From assembly GCF_020745735.1 (NCBI RefSeq), contig NW_026867530.1:964831-1028830 (forward strand): a stretch of DNA of 64,000 nt, written 5' to 3'. The position numbers and the translations under genes were made by a program. Positions 1 through 12,590 of the stretch are shown piece by piece. The DNA comes from Hemiscyllium ocellatum. Taxonomy: Eukaryota. The notes beneath the pieces are model-generated. The model had not been told where the DNA came from. It made no database searches and was given only the letters and a program-made list of their open reading frames with translations. The first letter of the stretch is position 1. Every line of letters begins with the position of its first letter.

Positions 1-2198
1 TAAACCCCTGACACTGTTGCCCTCCCTCAGTACTAAAATCCTGACAGTGCAGCCCTCCCTCAGTACTCACCTCCGAAAGTTTGGCACATCCTTTGTACTG
101 ACCCTCTGGCAGTGCACCACTCCCTCAATACTGTCTTTCCAAAAGTGTGGCACTCTCTCAGCACTGAGTGCATGGCGATCTGTCAGAGGATCAGTACTGA
201 GGGTGTGCCACATTTTGGAAAGTCAGTAACAATGCGGCACTGCCCCATACTGACCCTCTGACAGTGAGGGACTCTCTCAGTACTGACACTCCAACAGTGA
301 GGCACTGTCTCCGTACTGACCCTTTGATTGCGTGGTGCTCCCTGAGTATTGACTCTCCAATAGTGTGCCACACTCTCAATACTGACCCTCTGACAGTATC
401 CCACTCCCACACGACTAACCCTCCAAGAGTCAGCACTTCCATAGTACTGACCCTTCAACAGTGCAGCACTGCCTCAGTCCTGACCCTCCAACAGTGCAGC
501 ATTCCCTCAGTACTGACCCTCTGAGAGTAAACCGCTCCCTCAGTACAAAATCTCTGACATTGGAGTGCTCCCTCAGCACTGACCATCTAACAGGGCAGCA
601 TTCCCTCAGTACTAATGCTCTCACGTTGCAGCACTCCCTCAGTACTGACTGTTTGACATTGCAGCACTCCCTCGGTACTGACCATGTGGCAGTGCAACAA
701 TCTTCGAGTAAAGACCCTCTGACAGTGAGATTTCCCTCAGTACTGAACCCTCTGGCAATGCAGCACACCCTCAGTACTGACCCTCTCACAGTGTGGTGCT
801 CCCGCAGTACAGACCCTCCGACAGTGCAACACTCCCTCAGCACTTACCCACTGACAGTGTGGTGCTCCCGCAGTACAGACCCTCCGACAGTGCGACACTC
901 CCTCAGTACTTACCCACTGACAGTGTGGTGCTGCCTCAGGACTGACCCTCTGACAGTTTAACACTCCCACAGTACTGAGCCTCTGATAGTGCAGCACTCC
1001 TTCAGTTCTGAACCTCCGACAGTGAGGAGTTTCATCAGTACTCTCCCTTGGGCAATGCAGCACACCGTCAGTGCTGACCCTCTGACAGTGCAGCACTCCC
1101 TCAGTACTGACCCTCCGACAGTGCAGCACTCTCTCAGTACTGACCTTTGACGGTGCAGCGTGCCCTCAGTACTGACCCTCTGACAGTGCAGCACTCCTTC
1201 AGCACTGACTCTCCAACAGTGTTGTTATCCCTGAGTAATAGCCCTCCAAAAGTGCAGTGCTCGTTTTGTACTGACCCTCTCTCAGTGTAGCACGCCCTCA
1301 GGACTGATCCACTGACAATGTGGTACTCCCTCATTACCGACTTACCGACTGCACGGTACTCCCACATTACTGACGCTCTGACAGTGTGGCCTTCCCCTGG
1401 GACTGACACTCAGACAGTGCAGCACTCCCTCTGTCCAGACTCTCTGACAGTATAGCGCTCCCTCAGTCCAGACCCTCTGACAGCGCAGCATGCTCTCAAT
1501 ACTGACCCTGTCACGTTGCAGCGGTCACTTGGTGCCGACCCGCTGACAATATAGTGCACCCTCAGTACTGATCTTCTGACAGTACAGTGCTCCCTCAGGA
1601 GAGACCCTCCGAAAGTGTGGCACTCCCCCAGTACTGACCCTGTGACATTGTGATACTCCCTCATTACTGACCCTCTCACAGTACAGCACTCCCTCAGTAC
1701 TGACCCTCTGACAGTGCAGCACACCCTCAGTACTTACCCGCTGACAGTGCAACACTCCCTCAGTACTGACCCTCTGACAGTGCAGCACTCTCTCAGTACT
1801 CTCCCTCTGACAGTGCAACGCTCCCTCAGTACTGAACCTCTGACAGTACAGCACTCCCTCAGTACTGATCTGCTGACAGTGCAGCACTCCCTCAGTACTG
1901 ACCCTCTGACAGTGCAGCACTCCCTCATTACTGATCTGCTGACAATGCAGCACTCCCTCATTACTGATCTGCTGACAGTGCAGTACTCCCTCAGTACTGA
2001 CCCTCTGACAGTGCAGCACTCCCTCAGTACTGACCCTCTGACAGTGCAGCACTCCATCCTAACTGACCCTCTGACAGTACAGGAATCCTTCAGTATTGAC
2101 AATCCGACAGTGCAGCTTTTCTTCAGTACAGATCCTCTGACAGTGCAATACTAACGTATCACTGACCCTCCAACGGTGTGGCACTCCCTCAGTACTGA
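1..2198. repeat. 33-bp minisatellite array (consensus CTGACCCTCTGACAGTGCAGCACTCCCTCAGTA)
   Basis: Dozens of tandem degenerate copies. The period is divisible by 3, which explains the repetitive ORFs (LSTDPLTVQHS / CTVRGSVLREC). Confidence 0.95.
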
Positions 2199-2319
2199 CC
2201 GTTTTTTTCTCTTTCTTAATGTTTTGTGGAAATATGGAGACATTGCATTTGCAGATTCTGAGAAAGCATGAGAGAGACACACAATCCAAGCCTTGTCTGA
2301 AACTTTGCAACAATCTATT

Positions 2320-2505
2320 CAGAGAGATGCACAGCATGGAAACAGACCCTTCGGCCCAAGTTATTCATGCCAACCAGATATCCAACTTAATTTAGTTCCA
2401 TTTGCTAGCACTTGGCTGATATCCCTCTAAACCCTTCCTATTCACATATTCATCCTGATGCCTTTTAAATGTCGCAATTGTACCAGTCCCCACCATATCC
2501 TCTGG
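2320..2505 (-). mobile_element. CR1 LINE 3' end fragment
   Basis: CAGCATGGAAACAGACCCTTCGGCCCAA...ATATCCCTCTAAACCCTTCCTATTC is the reverse complement of the CR1 3' UTRs seen elsewhere in the window. Confidence 0.7.
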
Positions 2506-3014
2506 CAGCTAACTGCATGCCCTTGAATAAGTGTTCAAACATTCATAGCGACGATGCAATCTCAAACAAACACCAACCTACGAAATGCTATCACTGTCAT
2601 TTTCACCCCATCCTTTGGTTCCCTGTTACACTGATTTAAACAGAGGGAAAGAAACAGTCTTAGTGACCATCCACCGTCACCTTGTAATAAAAGTTACTTG
2701 CAAATTTCACTTGCATGAGATTCCCACACCATCCAGTTGCCTGGAAGGTGGGGGTGAGCTGTATTCTCCTGCTATATTCCTTGGTGTCCCACGTTGATGT
2801 TAGGGAGGGAACTCCAGGATTTTGACCTGAACCATGTAAAGAGCTCTCTTACTGGAGTGCCTTTTTAAAGTTAGGAAGTTATTATAGACCAGGAGGACCC
2901 GGGAGCTGCTGTCTTGTCAGAGCGAGAGGACTGGTGGGTCACATGCCTCAGGTGAGGGGCGAGGTTGAGAAGTTGGGGCCTTCGTGGTAATTTCAGACAT
3001 GATAGAAATTGAGC

Positions 3015-3444
3015 TGAAAATGTGTTGCTGGAAAAGCGCAGCAGGTCAGGCAGCATCCAAGGAACAGGAGATTCGACGTTTCGGGCATAAGCCCTTCTTC
3101 AGGAATCAGATTCCTGAAGAAGGCCTTATGCCCGAAACGTCGAATCTCCTGTTCCTTGAATGCTGCCTGACCTGCTGCGCTTTTCCAGCAACACATTTTC
3201 AGCTCTGATCTCCAGCATCTGCAGACCTCACTTTCTCCTCAAAGATTTTAACCTTCTGCGAATCCTCTTGCAAGGATGCCTTCCTTGAAGAAGCTCTCTT
3301 CCTCCCTCTAGAAGGGATTCCTGAAGAAGGGCTTATGCCCGAAACTTCGAATCTCCTGTTCCTTGGATGCTGCCTGACCTGAGCTTTTCCAGCAACACAT
3401 TTTCAGTTCTGATCTCCAGCATCTGCAGTACTCACTTTCTCCTC
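3015..3444. mobile_element. Non-autonomous Penelope-like (PLE) element: one inverted plus two direct pseudo-LTR copies, with 17-bp flanking direct repeat
   Basis: CATGATAGAAATTGAGC at 2998-3014 and 3445-3461. The internal repeats match the 3' end of the PLE at 5790-8225. Confidence 0.8.
3070..3107 (-). ncRNA. Minimal type I hammerhead ribozyme (family A), intact core
   Basis: Minus strand reads GAUUC-CUGAAGA-A-GGGC-UUAU-GCCC-GAAAC-GUC-GAAUC: conserved core, 4-bp stem II, 5-bp stem I, GUC cleavage triplet. Confidence 0.8.
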
Positions 3445-3864
3445 CATGATAGAAATTGAGCCAACAATGTTGGCATCACAAACCAGTTAGCTGAGGTAAC
3501 TGAGACCCCCCTTTGTAGCAGAGGAATTCAATCCCTATAATAGAGCAAGCTTGGGAATTCAACACTAAACTCAACTTGTACGGACGCGCTGGAAACCTGA
3601 ACCATCAATACAGAGATTGCTGAAGAAGCTAAGCATGTCCGGCAGCATCTGTGAAGGGAGAGAGAGAGAGAGTTCACCTTTCAATCCAGTGATTTCTGCG
3701 GAAACGTTCCTTCAGAACAGACCGTTTTGAGGAAGGGTCACTTGAAATGCGAATTGTTCCTCTCTCTCTTCACCGTTGCTGTCTGATCTGCTGAATTTCC
3801 CCAGCAATCTGTGCGGGTGTTTGCTTGAGAATTTGATCTGACCCAATCAAACATGTGTCACTGA

Positions 3865-4110
3865 GCAACTCAGTCTGTGTTCATGCCCTGAGGTTGCTTC
3901 TGTTGAAAGTTGACAAACAGGTTTAAGGCTTTTAGGAGAAAATGAGGATTGCAGATGCTGGAGATCAGAGCTGACAATGTATTGCTGGAAATGCGCAGCA
4001 GGTCAGGCAGCATCCAAGGAGCAGGAGAATCGATATTTCTGTCAACTCTCCTGCTCCTTGGATGCTGCCTGACCTGCTGCACTTTTCCAGCAACACATTT
4101 TCAGCTCAGC
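3865..4110. mobile_element. PLE 3'-end fragments in inverted arrangement
   Basis: TGCTGGAAATGCGCAGCAGGTCAGGCAGCATCCAAGGAGCAGGAG followed by its reverse complement. Confidence 0.7.
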
Positions 4111-4524
4111 TTCAAGCATTTGTAAGGCATTGTATTTGTCGGGTGGGGGTGCATGGGGGAACAGATAAAGATTTACGGCACTTCACAAAGATCCTTATCA
4201 ATGTAACTTTATGATGTTAATTAAGAAGGAACAGCTCAGATCTAACATTTCAGTTACTCAGCCAAGAGAAGTTTATATGTCATCATAAAGACTTGTTGTA
4301 AAGACTGTACAGAACTGAACTTTAGTTACTATGTTTGTACATAATTTTTTTTGTGAATAAAGTCTCTGTTTGAAATGAATATAAATATTTTTTAGCATCT
4401 TGAGCTTGTGGAGGCATTGTCCTTTTCCCTAATCTTTCTTAAATAAACGCTAGACAGGTTAGATACTCCCCGGGTATAGACATCAAACGGTCATCAATGG
4501 GACGGAGATAGTGGGATTGTCACA

Positions 4525-4775
4525 GGGGCTCTGTGGTTAGCTCTGTTGCCTCACCCCACCCGGGTTCGATTCCAGCCTCGGGCGACTGTCTGTGTGGAGT
4601 TTGCACATTCTCCCCGTGTCAGCCTCCGGGTGCTTCAGTTCCCTCCCACTGTCCAAAGATGTGCAGGCTCGGTGGATTAGCCAGAGGGAATGAAGGGATC
4701 CAGGGATAGAGTTGGGGGATGGGATGCTCTGCCGGGGGTCAGTGTGAACCTGATAGGCCGAATGGCCTGCTTCCA
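4525..4775 (+). mobile_element. tRNA-derived shark SINE
   Basis: B-box-like GGTTCGATTCC plus the conserved central GGCGACTGTCTGTGTGGAGTTTGCACATTCTCCCCGTGTC. Confidence 0.8.
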
Positions 4776-5367
4776 CATTATATAATCAATCCAGAGACCC
4801 AAATAATGTTCTGGGCCCTGGGCTCCAATCTTGGGGGTGGCTGTGGGTCACCACAGTGAGAACAGGTTTGGGGATGAACACGGTCCAAGGGGTAACAGGT
4901 TTGTTTTCTGAGGTGTTGAGGGCATGAATGTTCTGTCGAGGTGCTTTGGGATAACATACTGAGGAGGTGCTTTCTGAGATACTGAGGGAGCAGTATCTGG
5001 CAGTACAGGGTGCAGAAGGTGGAATGGTACAAATACACTTCCCTAATCATTTCCTCAGGGTCCCCAAGGCACGCTGGTGTGGTCATCTGAGATGGAAGCC
5101 ACTCCCCATTTTAGAAGATTAAATCAATAGTCAGTGAAACATAACACAAACACATGCCTTAAACATGGATTGGAGGAAAACTGTTATGAATCTATCATCA
5201 TTTGTTGCTTGGACACGGGAGAGAAAAGCAGGCACCCAAACAGACCAATGCTGTCGATGTACAGGAAGATCCAAGAGGTTATTTGCAATTGATGTCTGTC
5301 TCCCTGCAGAGGTCATCGTCTGAGATTAGGGTTCAGTCCTGGAAGAAATCATCTCCCCATCAAAACC

Positions 5368-5368
<1 letters not shown>

Positions 5369-5398
<30 letters not shown>
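5369..5398. repeat. (TG)n microsatellite
   Basis: Perfect TG run. Confidence 0.95.
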
Positions 5399-5401
<3 letters not shown>

Positions 5402-5789
5402 GGTTATATTGTGTATCCAAGAAGATAAATTCCTGCTGCTGTTTCAGGTTGATTGGTCCTTGATGTTCAAAAAACTGGCAAAGACACAAATGTAAAAGTG
5501 TTTAAAAGCTGCAGAACTCACTTCCCCGGGGTAAAGTGAATGCTGTAAAGCTCCCAAAAGAGGTTCGGATGGAAGGAAGAAAAATTAGATTGAGAAGAGA
5601 CAGTGCCATTCAGGTGCAGAGGTGTTGTTGGAATGTCTATTCAGGATTAACTCAGTCATTTCAGGAGAGGGGAAAACACCTTGGGGATAGTTTCTCAACC
5701 TACCTGTTCAGTGATGGTACGGTACTCCTCTGGACCAGGTGGGACTCGAAACTGAATCTCCTAGCTCAGAGGTAAAGACACTACCACTG

Positions 5790-8225
5790 TCCCTTTCTAC
5801 CTTCCCCAAGCTGTACAAGGCCTCACCTTCATTCCCCTACGCTCTCGGATTAAGGAGTTCAACATGCGGCGAGACATCGAACAATTCTTCTGCCGCCTTC
5901 ACCTCCGTGCCTACTTCTTCAACCAGTACTCTCCCCCACCCTCTGACGACCCCTTCTCCCACCTCCAACACACCCCATCCACCTGGACACCTCCTGCTGG
6001 CCTCTTACCTGCCCTCGATCTCTTCATAGCCAACTGCCGCCGCGACATTAACCGCCTCAACCTCTCACCCCCTCCAACCCCTCACCCTTGGAACGTGCAG
6101 CCCTCCACTCCCTCCGTTCCAACCCCAACCTCACTATTAAACCAGCGGACAAGGGAGGCGCGGTAGTAGTTTGGCGCACCGATCTTTACACCGCTGAGGC
6201 TAAATGCCAGCTCGCGGACACCTCCTCCTACTGCCCCCTTGACCATGGCTCCACCTCCCACCACCAAACTATCATCTCCCAGACCATCCATAACCTCATC
6301 ACCTCAGAGGATCTCCCATTCCCCGTCTCCAACCTCATAGTCCCACAACCCCGCACCGCCCGTTTCTACCTCCTGCCCAAAATCCACAAACCTGCCTGCC
6401 CCCGGCCGACCCATTGTCTCAGCCTGCTCCTGCCCCACTGAACTCATCTCCGCGTACCTCGACACGGTTCTGTCCCCCTTAGTCCAAGAACTCCCCATCT
6501 ACGTTCGGGACACCACCCATGCCCTCTACCTCCTCCATGATTTTCACTTCCCTGGTCCCCAACGCCTTATCTTCACCATGGACATTCAGTGCCTGGACAC
6601 GTCCATCCCCCATCACGAAGGACTCAAAGCCCTCTGCTTCTTCCTTTCCTGCCGTACCAACCAGTACCCTTCCAATGACACCCTCCTTTGACTGACTGAA
6701 CTGGTCCTCACCCTGAACAACTTCTCTTTCCAATCCTCCCACTTCCTCCAAACTAAAGGAGTAGCCATGGGCACCCGCATGGGCCCCAGCTATGCCTGCC
6801 TCTTCATAGGATATATCTTCCGCAGCTACACTGGCACCACCCCCCACCTTTTCCTCCGCTACATCAATGACTGTATCGGCGCTGCCTTGTGGAGGCAGGT
6901 TGAACAGTTCATCCACTTTACCAGCACCTTCCACCCCGACTTCAAATTTACCTGGACCATTTCAGACTCCTCCCTCCCCTTCCTAGACCTTTCCATTTCT
7001 ATCTCGGGCGACCGAATCAACACGGACATTTGCTATAAACCGACCGACTCCCACAACTACCTAGACTACACTTCCTCCCACCCTGCCCCCTGTAAAAACG
7101 CCATCCCACACTCCCAATTCCTTCATCTCCGCCGCATCTGCTCCCAGGAGGACCAGTTCCAATACCGTACAACCCAGATGGCCTCCTTCTTCAAAGACCG
7201 CATATCCCCCCAGACATGATCGACGATGCCCTCCACCGCATCTCTTCCACTTCCCGCTCCTCCGACCTTGAGCCCCGCCCTTCCAATCGCCACCAGGACA
7301 GAATCCCACTGTCATCACCTACCACCCCACCAACCTCCATGTACATTGTATCATCCGTCGTCATTTCCGCCACCTCCAAAAGGACCCCACCACCAGAGAT
7401 ATATTTCCCTCCCCTCCCCTAACAGCGTTCCAAAAAGACCACTCCCTCTGTGACTCCCTTGTCAGGTCCACACCCCCCCACCAACCCAACCTCCACTCCT
7501 GGCACTTTCCCCTGCAACGCAAGAAATGCAAAACTTGTGCCCACACCTCCCACCTTACTTCCTTCCAAGGCCCCAAGGGATCCTTCCATATCCACCACAA
7601 ATTCACCTGCACCTCCACACACATCATTTACTGCATCCGCTGCACCCGATGTGACCTCTTCTGTATTGGGGAGACAGGCCGCCTACTTACAGAATGTTTC
7701 AGAGAACATCTCTTGGACATCCGGACCAACCAATCCAACCACCCCGTGGCTCAACACTTCAACTCCCCCTCCCACTCCACCAAGGACATGCAGATCCGCC
7801 AGGTCATAGCAACACGACGCCTGGAGGAAGAGCGCCTCATCTTCCGCCTAGGAACCCTCCAACCACAAGGGATGAACCTAGATTTCTCCAGCTTCCTCAT
7901 TTCCCCCACCTTGTCTCAGTCAAATCCCTCGAACTCAGCACCACCTTCCTAACCTGCAATCTTCTTCCTGACCTCTCCGCCCCCACCCCCACTCCGGCCT
8001 ATCACCCTCACCTTGACCTCCTTCCATTTCCAACGCGCCTCCCCCAAGTCCCTCCTCCCTACCTTTTATCTTAGCCTCCTGGACACACTTTCCTCATTCC
8101 TGAAGAAGAGCTCATGCCCAAAATGTCGACTCTCCTGCTCCTTGGATGCTGCCTGACCTGCTGCCCTTTTCCAGCAACACATTTTCAGCTCTGATCTCCA
8201 GCATCTGCAGTCCTCACTTTCTCCC
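5790..8225 (+). mobile_element. Degenerate, 5'-truncated Penelope-like retroelement (Neptune-like): RT plus GIY-YIG endonuclease and pseudo-LTR
   Basis: Frameshifted ORF pieces carry PLE RT motifs (KPADKGGAVVVW, FYLLPKIHK, GTRMGPSYACLF, LRYINDCIG, LPFLDLSIS, KPTDSHNYLDYTSSHP). A Cys-rich GIY-YIG-type segment lies near 7610-7680. The 3' pseudo-LTR has a decayed hammerhead near 8100. Confidence 0.88.
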
Positions 8226-9482
8226 AGTGGGATCTTGCAGAGGCCAGTATTGGGTCCTTGCAGTTTCGAAGTTTGTGGAAATAACTTTCACTTGAAAGTT
8301 GGAGGACTGATCAGTGAGTTCACAGATGATATGAAAACTAGTGTGGTGGTAAACAGTGAGGAAGATGGGCTTAGATCATAGGAGGACAACCATGGTAAGG
8401 GAATACATGATGAACTATAGGGCCCTGGGAAGCACTGAAGATCAGAGGGACCTTGTTGTGCATGTCCACCAGTCACTTAAACAGCAGGGCAGGTGATAAA
8501 CTCGCCTTTCCTTGTTAAGCACAGAGTTTGAGCTGGGAAGTTCTGTTAGAACTGTTGAAAACATTGGGGATAGCTAGCTTGTTGTCTGCATTTCTGGAAT
8601 CCCCATTTAAGGAGGGATGTGTTAGTACTCAAGACTTGGAAAGATGTTTTCTGAGCTGGAGAGTTTCAGTTATGAAGAGCGACTGGAAAGATTGGGTCGT
8701 TTTCCTTCGACCAGAGAGATTGAGAGGGGAATCACAGGTAGATAGGATAGTGACGAAGGCATTTGATATGCTTTCCCTTATTAGTCAGAGCATTGAGTAA
8801 AGGAGTTTAGAGGTCATGTTGTGGCTGTACAGGACATTGGTTAGTCTACCTTTGGTGTATTGTGTGCAATTCTGCTCTGAATCCTATAGAAAGGATGTTG
8901 TGAAATTTGAAAGGGTTCAGAAAAGATTTACAAGGATGTTGCCAGGGTTGGAGGGTTTGAACTCCAGGAAAGGCTGAATAGGCTGGAACTGTCTTCCCTG
9001 GAGTGTCGAAGGCTGAGGAGTGACCTTCAAGAGGTTTATAAAATCATGGATGCACGGATGGGGTAAATAGACAAGGTCTTTTCCCTTGGGTGGGGGAGTC
9101 CAGAACTAGAGGGCATAGGTTTAGGGTGAGAGGGGAAAGACTTACAAGGGTTCTAAGGGGCAAGTTTTTCATGCAACAGGCGGTGCGTGTATGCAAGAGG
9201 AAGTGCAGGCCAGTACAAGGCTAGTAACAGATAAAAGGCATCGGGAGGGGTAGAAGAAAACTCCACAACCACCTGATGAAGGAGCAGTGTTCGGAAAGCT
9301 AGTGGTTCCAAATAAACCTGTTGGATTATAACCTGATGTTGGGTGAGTTTTAATTTGAACTGGAAGGGATTAGAGGGCCAAGTGCTGGTAAATGGGACGA
9401 GGTTAATTTTGGATATCTGGTTAGCATGGACGAGTTGGGCTGAAGGATCTGTTTCTGTGTTGTACATCTGTTTGACTCTATG
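8226..9482 (+). mobile_element. Decayed CR1 LINE (RT C-terminus and 3' UTR) with a nested PLE pseudo-LTR at ~9256-9356
   Basis: Similar to the CR1 at 54140-55608 (GGATGTTGCCAGGGTTGGAGGG, GAGGGCATAGGTTTAGGGTGAGAGGGGAAAG). Ends in TTGACTCTATG. Confidence 0.8.
9268..9306 (+). ncRNA. Minimal hammerhead ribozyme motif (family B), stem II partly decayed
   Basis: ACCAC-CUGAUGA-A-GGAGC-AGU-GUUCG-GAAAG-CUA-GUGGU, with 5-bp stem I ACCAC/GUGGU. Confidence 0.6.
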
Positions 9483-9649
9483 GCATCACTGAGATGTACA
9501 AAATAATGAGAGGTGTTGATTGGGTAGACAGTAAGGAAATATTCCCCTTGATGGAGGAACCAATTCAGACAAATGTTGTAAAGACTGGAAGGCAGTGCAG
9601 ATATTTAAGGTGAGGGGTAGGAGACTGAAGGGGAATGTCAGTGATAAAG

Positions 9650-10410
9650 TCATACAGCATGGAAACAGACCTTTTGGTTCCCCCCAAAGTCCATGCTAAC
9701 CATAATCCCAAACAAAACTAGTCCCACCACCTGCTCCTGGCCCATATCCCTTCAATACTTTCCTGTTTGTCCAAATACCTTTTAAACATTGGAACTGAAC
9801 CCACATCCATTAATTCCTCACGAACCACTCTCTGTGTAGAACAAGTTGAACCTCATTTCCCTTTTAAATCTTTCTCCTCTCACTTTAAAAGTATGTCCCC
9901 TAGTGCTGAAGTCTGGGGGGGAATAAGCTCCCTAGTCCAAGGGGAAAATTTCCCTGTGATCTACCTTATGAATATCCTTCATGATTTTATACATCTCAAC
10001 CATGTCATCGAATAATAGAGATATACAGCTCAGAAACAGATCCTTCGGCCCAACTCATCCATGCTGACCAGATATCCTAATTTACCCTAGTCCCATTTAC
10101 CTGTACTTGTTCCATATCTCTCTAATCACTTCCTCTTCATATACAAGCCCTGAAGTCTATCACCCGAGGGAAAAGACATCTGACATTCACCTTATATATG
10201 CTCCTTATTATACTATAAACCTCTGTAAGGTCACCCCTCAACCTTCAAGCTCCTTTCCATATAACTCAAACCCTCCAGTCCTGACAACATCCTCGTAAAT
10301 AATTTCTGAACAGTTTAACAATACCCCTCCTATAACAGGGAGACCAGAATTGGGCACAGTATTCTAGAAGAGGCCTGTACAACCTCCACATGATGTCCTA
10401 ACTCCTATAC
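9650..10410 (-). mobile_element. Two CR1 3'-end fragments
   Basis: CATACAGCATGGAAACAGACC and TACAGCTCAGAAACAGATCCTTCGGCCC are reverse-complement CR1 tails. Confidence 0.7.
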
Positions 10411-11799
10411 TCATGGTCTGTATAATGAAGGGAAAAGGCTTTCACCCAGAGGGTGGTGAGAAACTGAATTCACTGCCGGAAGGGTATTACAGACAGAAGC
10501 TCTCGAATCATTGAAGAAGGATTCAGATGTGCACTTGCAATGCCAAGACATACAAGGTGATGAGTCTTGAAGGAGAACCGTTGCTGGTGTTTTTGAATCT
10601 GTAGTCTGTCCTGTTTGCCCGAAACGTCAATTTTCCTGCTCCTTGGATGCTGCCTGACTTGCTGGGCTTTTCCAGCACCACTCTAATCTAGACTCTGGTT
10701 TCCAGCATCTGCAGTCCTTGTTTTTACCTTATACAAGGTGATGGGCCGAGGGCTGAGAAATGAGATTACCATAGTTTGATGGTTGTTTATGACTGGCACA
10801 GAAGCAATGGGCTGAAGGGACTTGTTCTGCACTGTCAACCACTGCCATTCGATAAACAACAGGACAATGAAGAGCCTTTGATTGAGGTGTTGGCACTAAC
10901 AATTGTCAATGTGGCAGTGCCACAAGATTGAGCTTTATTCTGACACACTGTCAGACCTGGGTTTGAACTCTGTTCTCGCTCTCTGCAGATGCTTCTGCAC
11001 CTGCTAAATATCTTCATCACTCAGTGTTTATTTGTGGTTACAGAGAGGATCTGAAGCTGCAGAGATGAAATCTGATGGTTTGTTAGATATGGGAAGGCGA
11101 AGCAGACACTTCCTGATTGAAAATGAAAAGTCAAACATAGAGTTGTGAGGCTGTTAATCTATATTTTGTTCCACAAATCCAGACGACACAAGTTTCAGTA
11201 CAACAGCAGATGCTTTATTATCGGAGTGCAGCGCGGGATTCTCCATGTCCCTGAAAGTAGTTGTGTGTCTACTTGTGGTGATACAAAAGGTCTATAATCC
11301 ACATGGTTGACTGTCGTTACATTGTTTAAGATGGGCAATTATAATTTTACAAGGTCCGGTGAATGTTGATGTCCTGCAATAGCGACTGATTATCGTATTC
11401 TTCATGATCATGTATCAATGGGAAGAGATTAAAACTGAAGGGTTTTGCCTGTTTTCAACGGGGAATGCACATCCCTATGCTAATATGGAGAGGAAGCAAG
11501 ATAATGGGAGCAGGAGGCAGTTTAACAGGGTTGTGGCCAAGGCTATCAGTCTGGGCTGGGGAGGACAAATACCGTTGCCTGAGACTGCAGAGGAATCCAC
11601 ATGTGTGGCTGCAATGGATTCCTTCACGAAGATTCAGTTATCCTACTGAGATGTTCTGTCTATTCTGTAATTGATACTGTGTGAGTCTGTTTCACAGTGG
11701 AATGTTTAAGCCTTGAGTGCCCAGTATGCCTTGAAAGAGAATTAAAGCATGAAGTGATCCTTTTCTGGCTTTATAACGTCCTCACCAAACTCCTCCTGT

Positions 11800-12590
11800 C
11801 AGATATAAACCAGCCCCTCGCTCACTGACACCAATCACCCCCTGTTGAATATAAACCACCCCACAGACACAAATCTCCCCATGTCTGATTTCACCCTGTC
11901 CCACAGACAGTGACAACATTTTCCTCCAGTCTGATATAAACCAGCCCCACAGACACTAACACCAATCTCCCCCAGTCTGATATAAACCAGCCCCACAGAC
12001 ACTGACACCAATCTCCCCCAGTCTGATATAAACCAGCCCCACAGTCACTGACACCAATCTCCCCCAGTCTGATATAAACCAGCCCCACAGACACTAACAC
12101 CAATCTCCCCCAGTCTGATATAAACCAGCCCCACAGTCACTAACACCAATCTCCCCCAGTCTGATATAAACCAGCCCCACAGTCACTGACACTAATCTCT
12201 GACTGTCTGCTATAAACCAGCCCCACAGACATTGACGCCAATCTCTGCCTGTCTGATATAAACCAACTAGTTAAAAACAAGGGCTGCAGATGCTGGAAAC
12301 CAGAATCTAGATGAGAGTGGTGCTGGAAAAGCACAGCACGTCAGTCAGCATCCGAGAAGCAGGAAAATCGACGTGTCGGGCAAAAACCCTTCATCAGGGA
12401 TAGAGGCAGGGAGTCTGCAGAGTGGAAAGATCTTGTAGACAGAGGAGGAAAACTGATATAAACGAGCCCCACAGTCACCAATCTCCCCCAGTCTGATATA
12501 AACCAGCCCCACAGTCACTAACACCAATCTCCCCCAGTCTGATATAAACCAGCCCCACAGACACTGACGCCAATCTCTGCCTGTCTGATA
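11800..12590. repeat. 46-bp minisatellite (GTCTGATATAAACCAGCCCCACAGACACTAACACCAATCTCCCCCA), interrupted by PLE fragments; resumes at ~13560-13672
   Basis: Directly visible tandem copies. Confidence 0.92.

Noticed and set aside
17-2337. Many overlapping ORFs (Cys/His-rich or LSTDPLTV repeats)
   Set aside because: Translations of a 33-bp minisatellite; no domain or splice structure.
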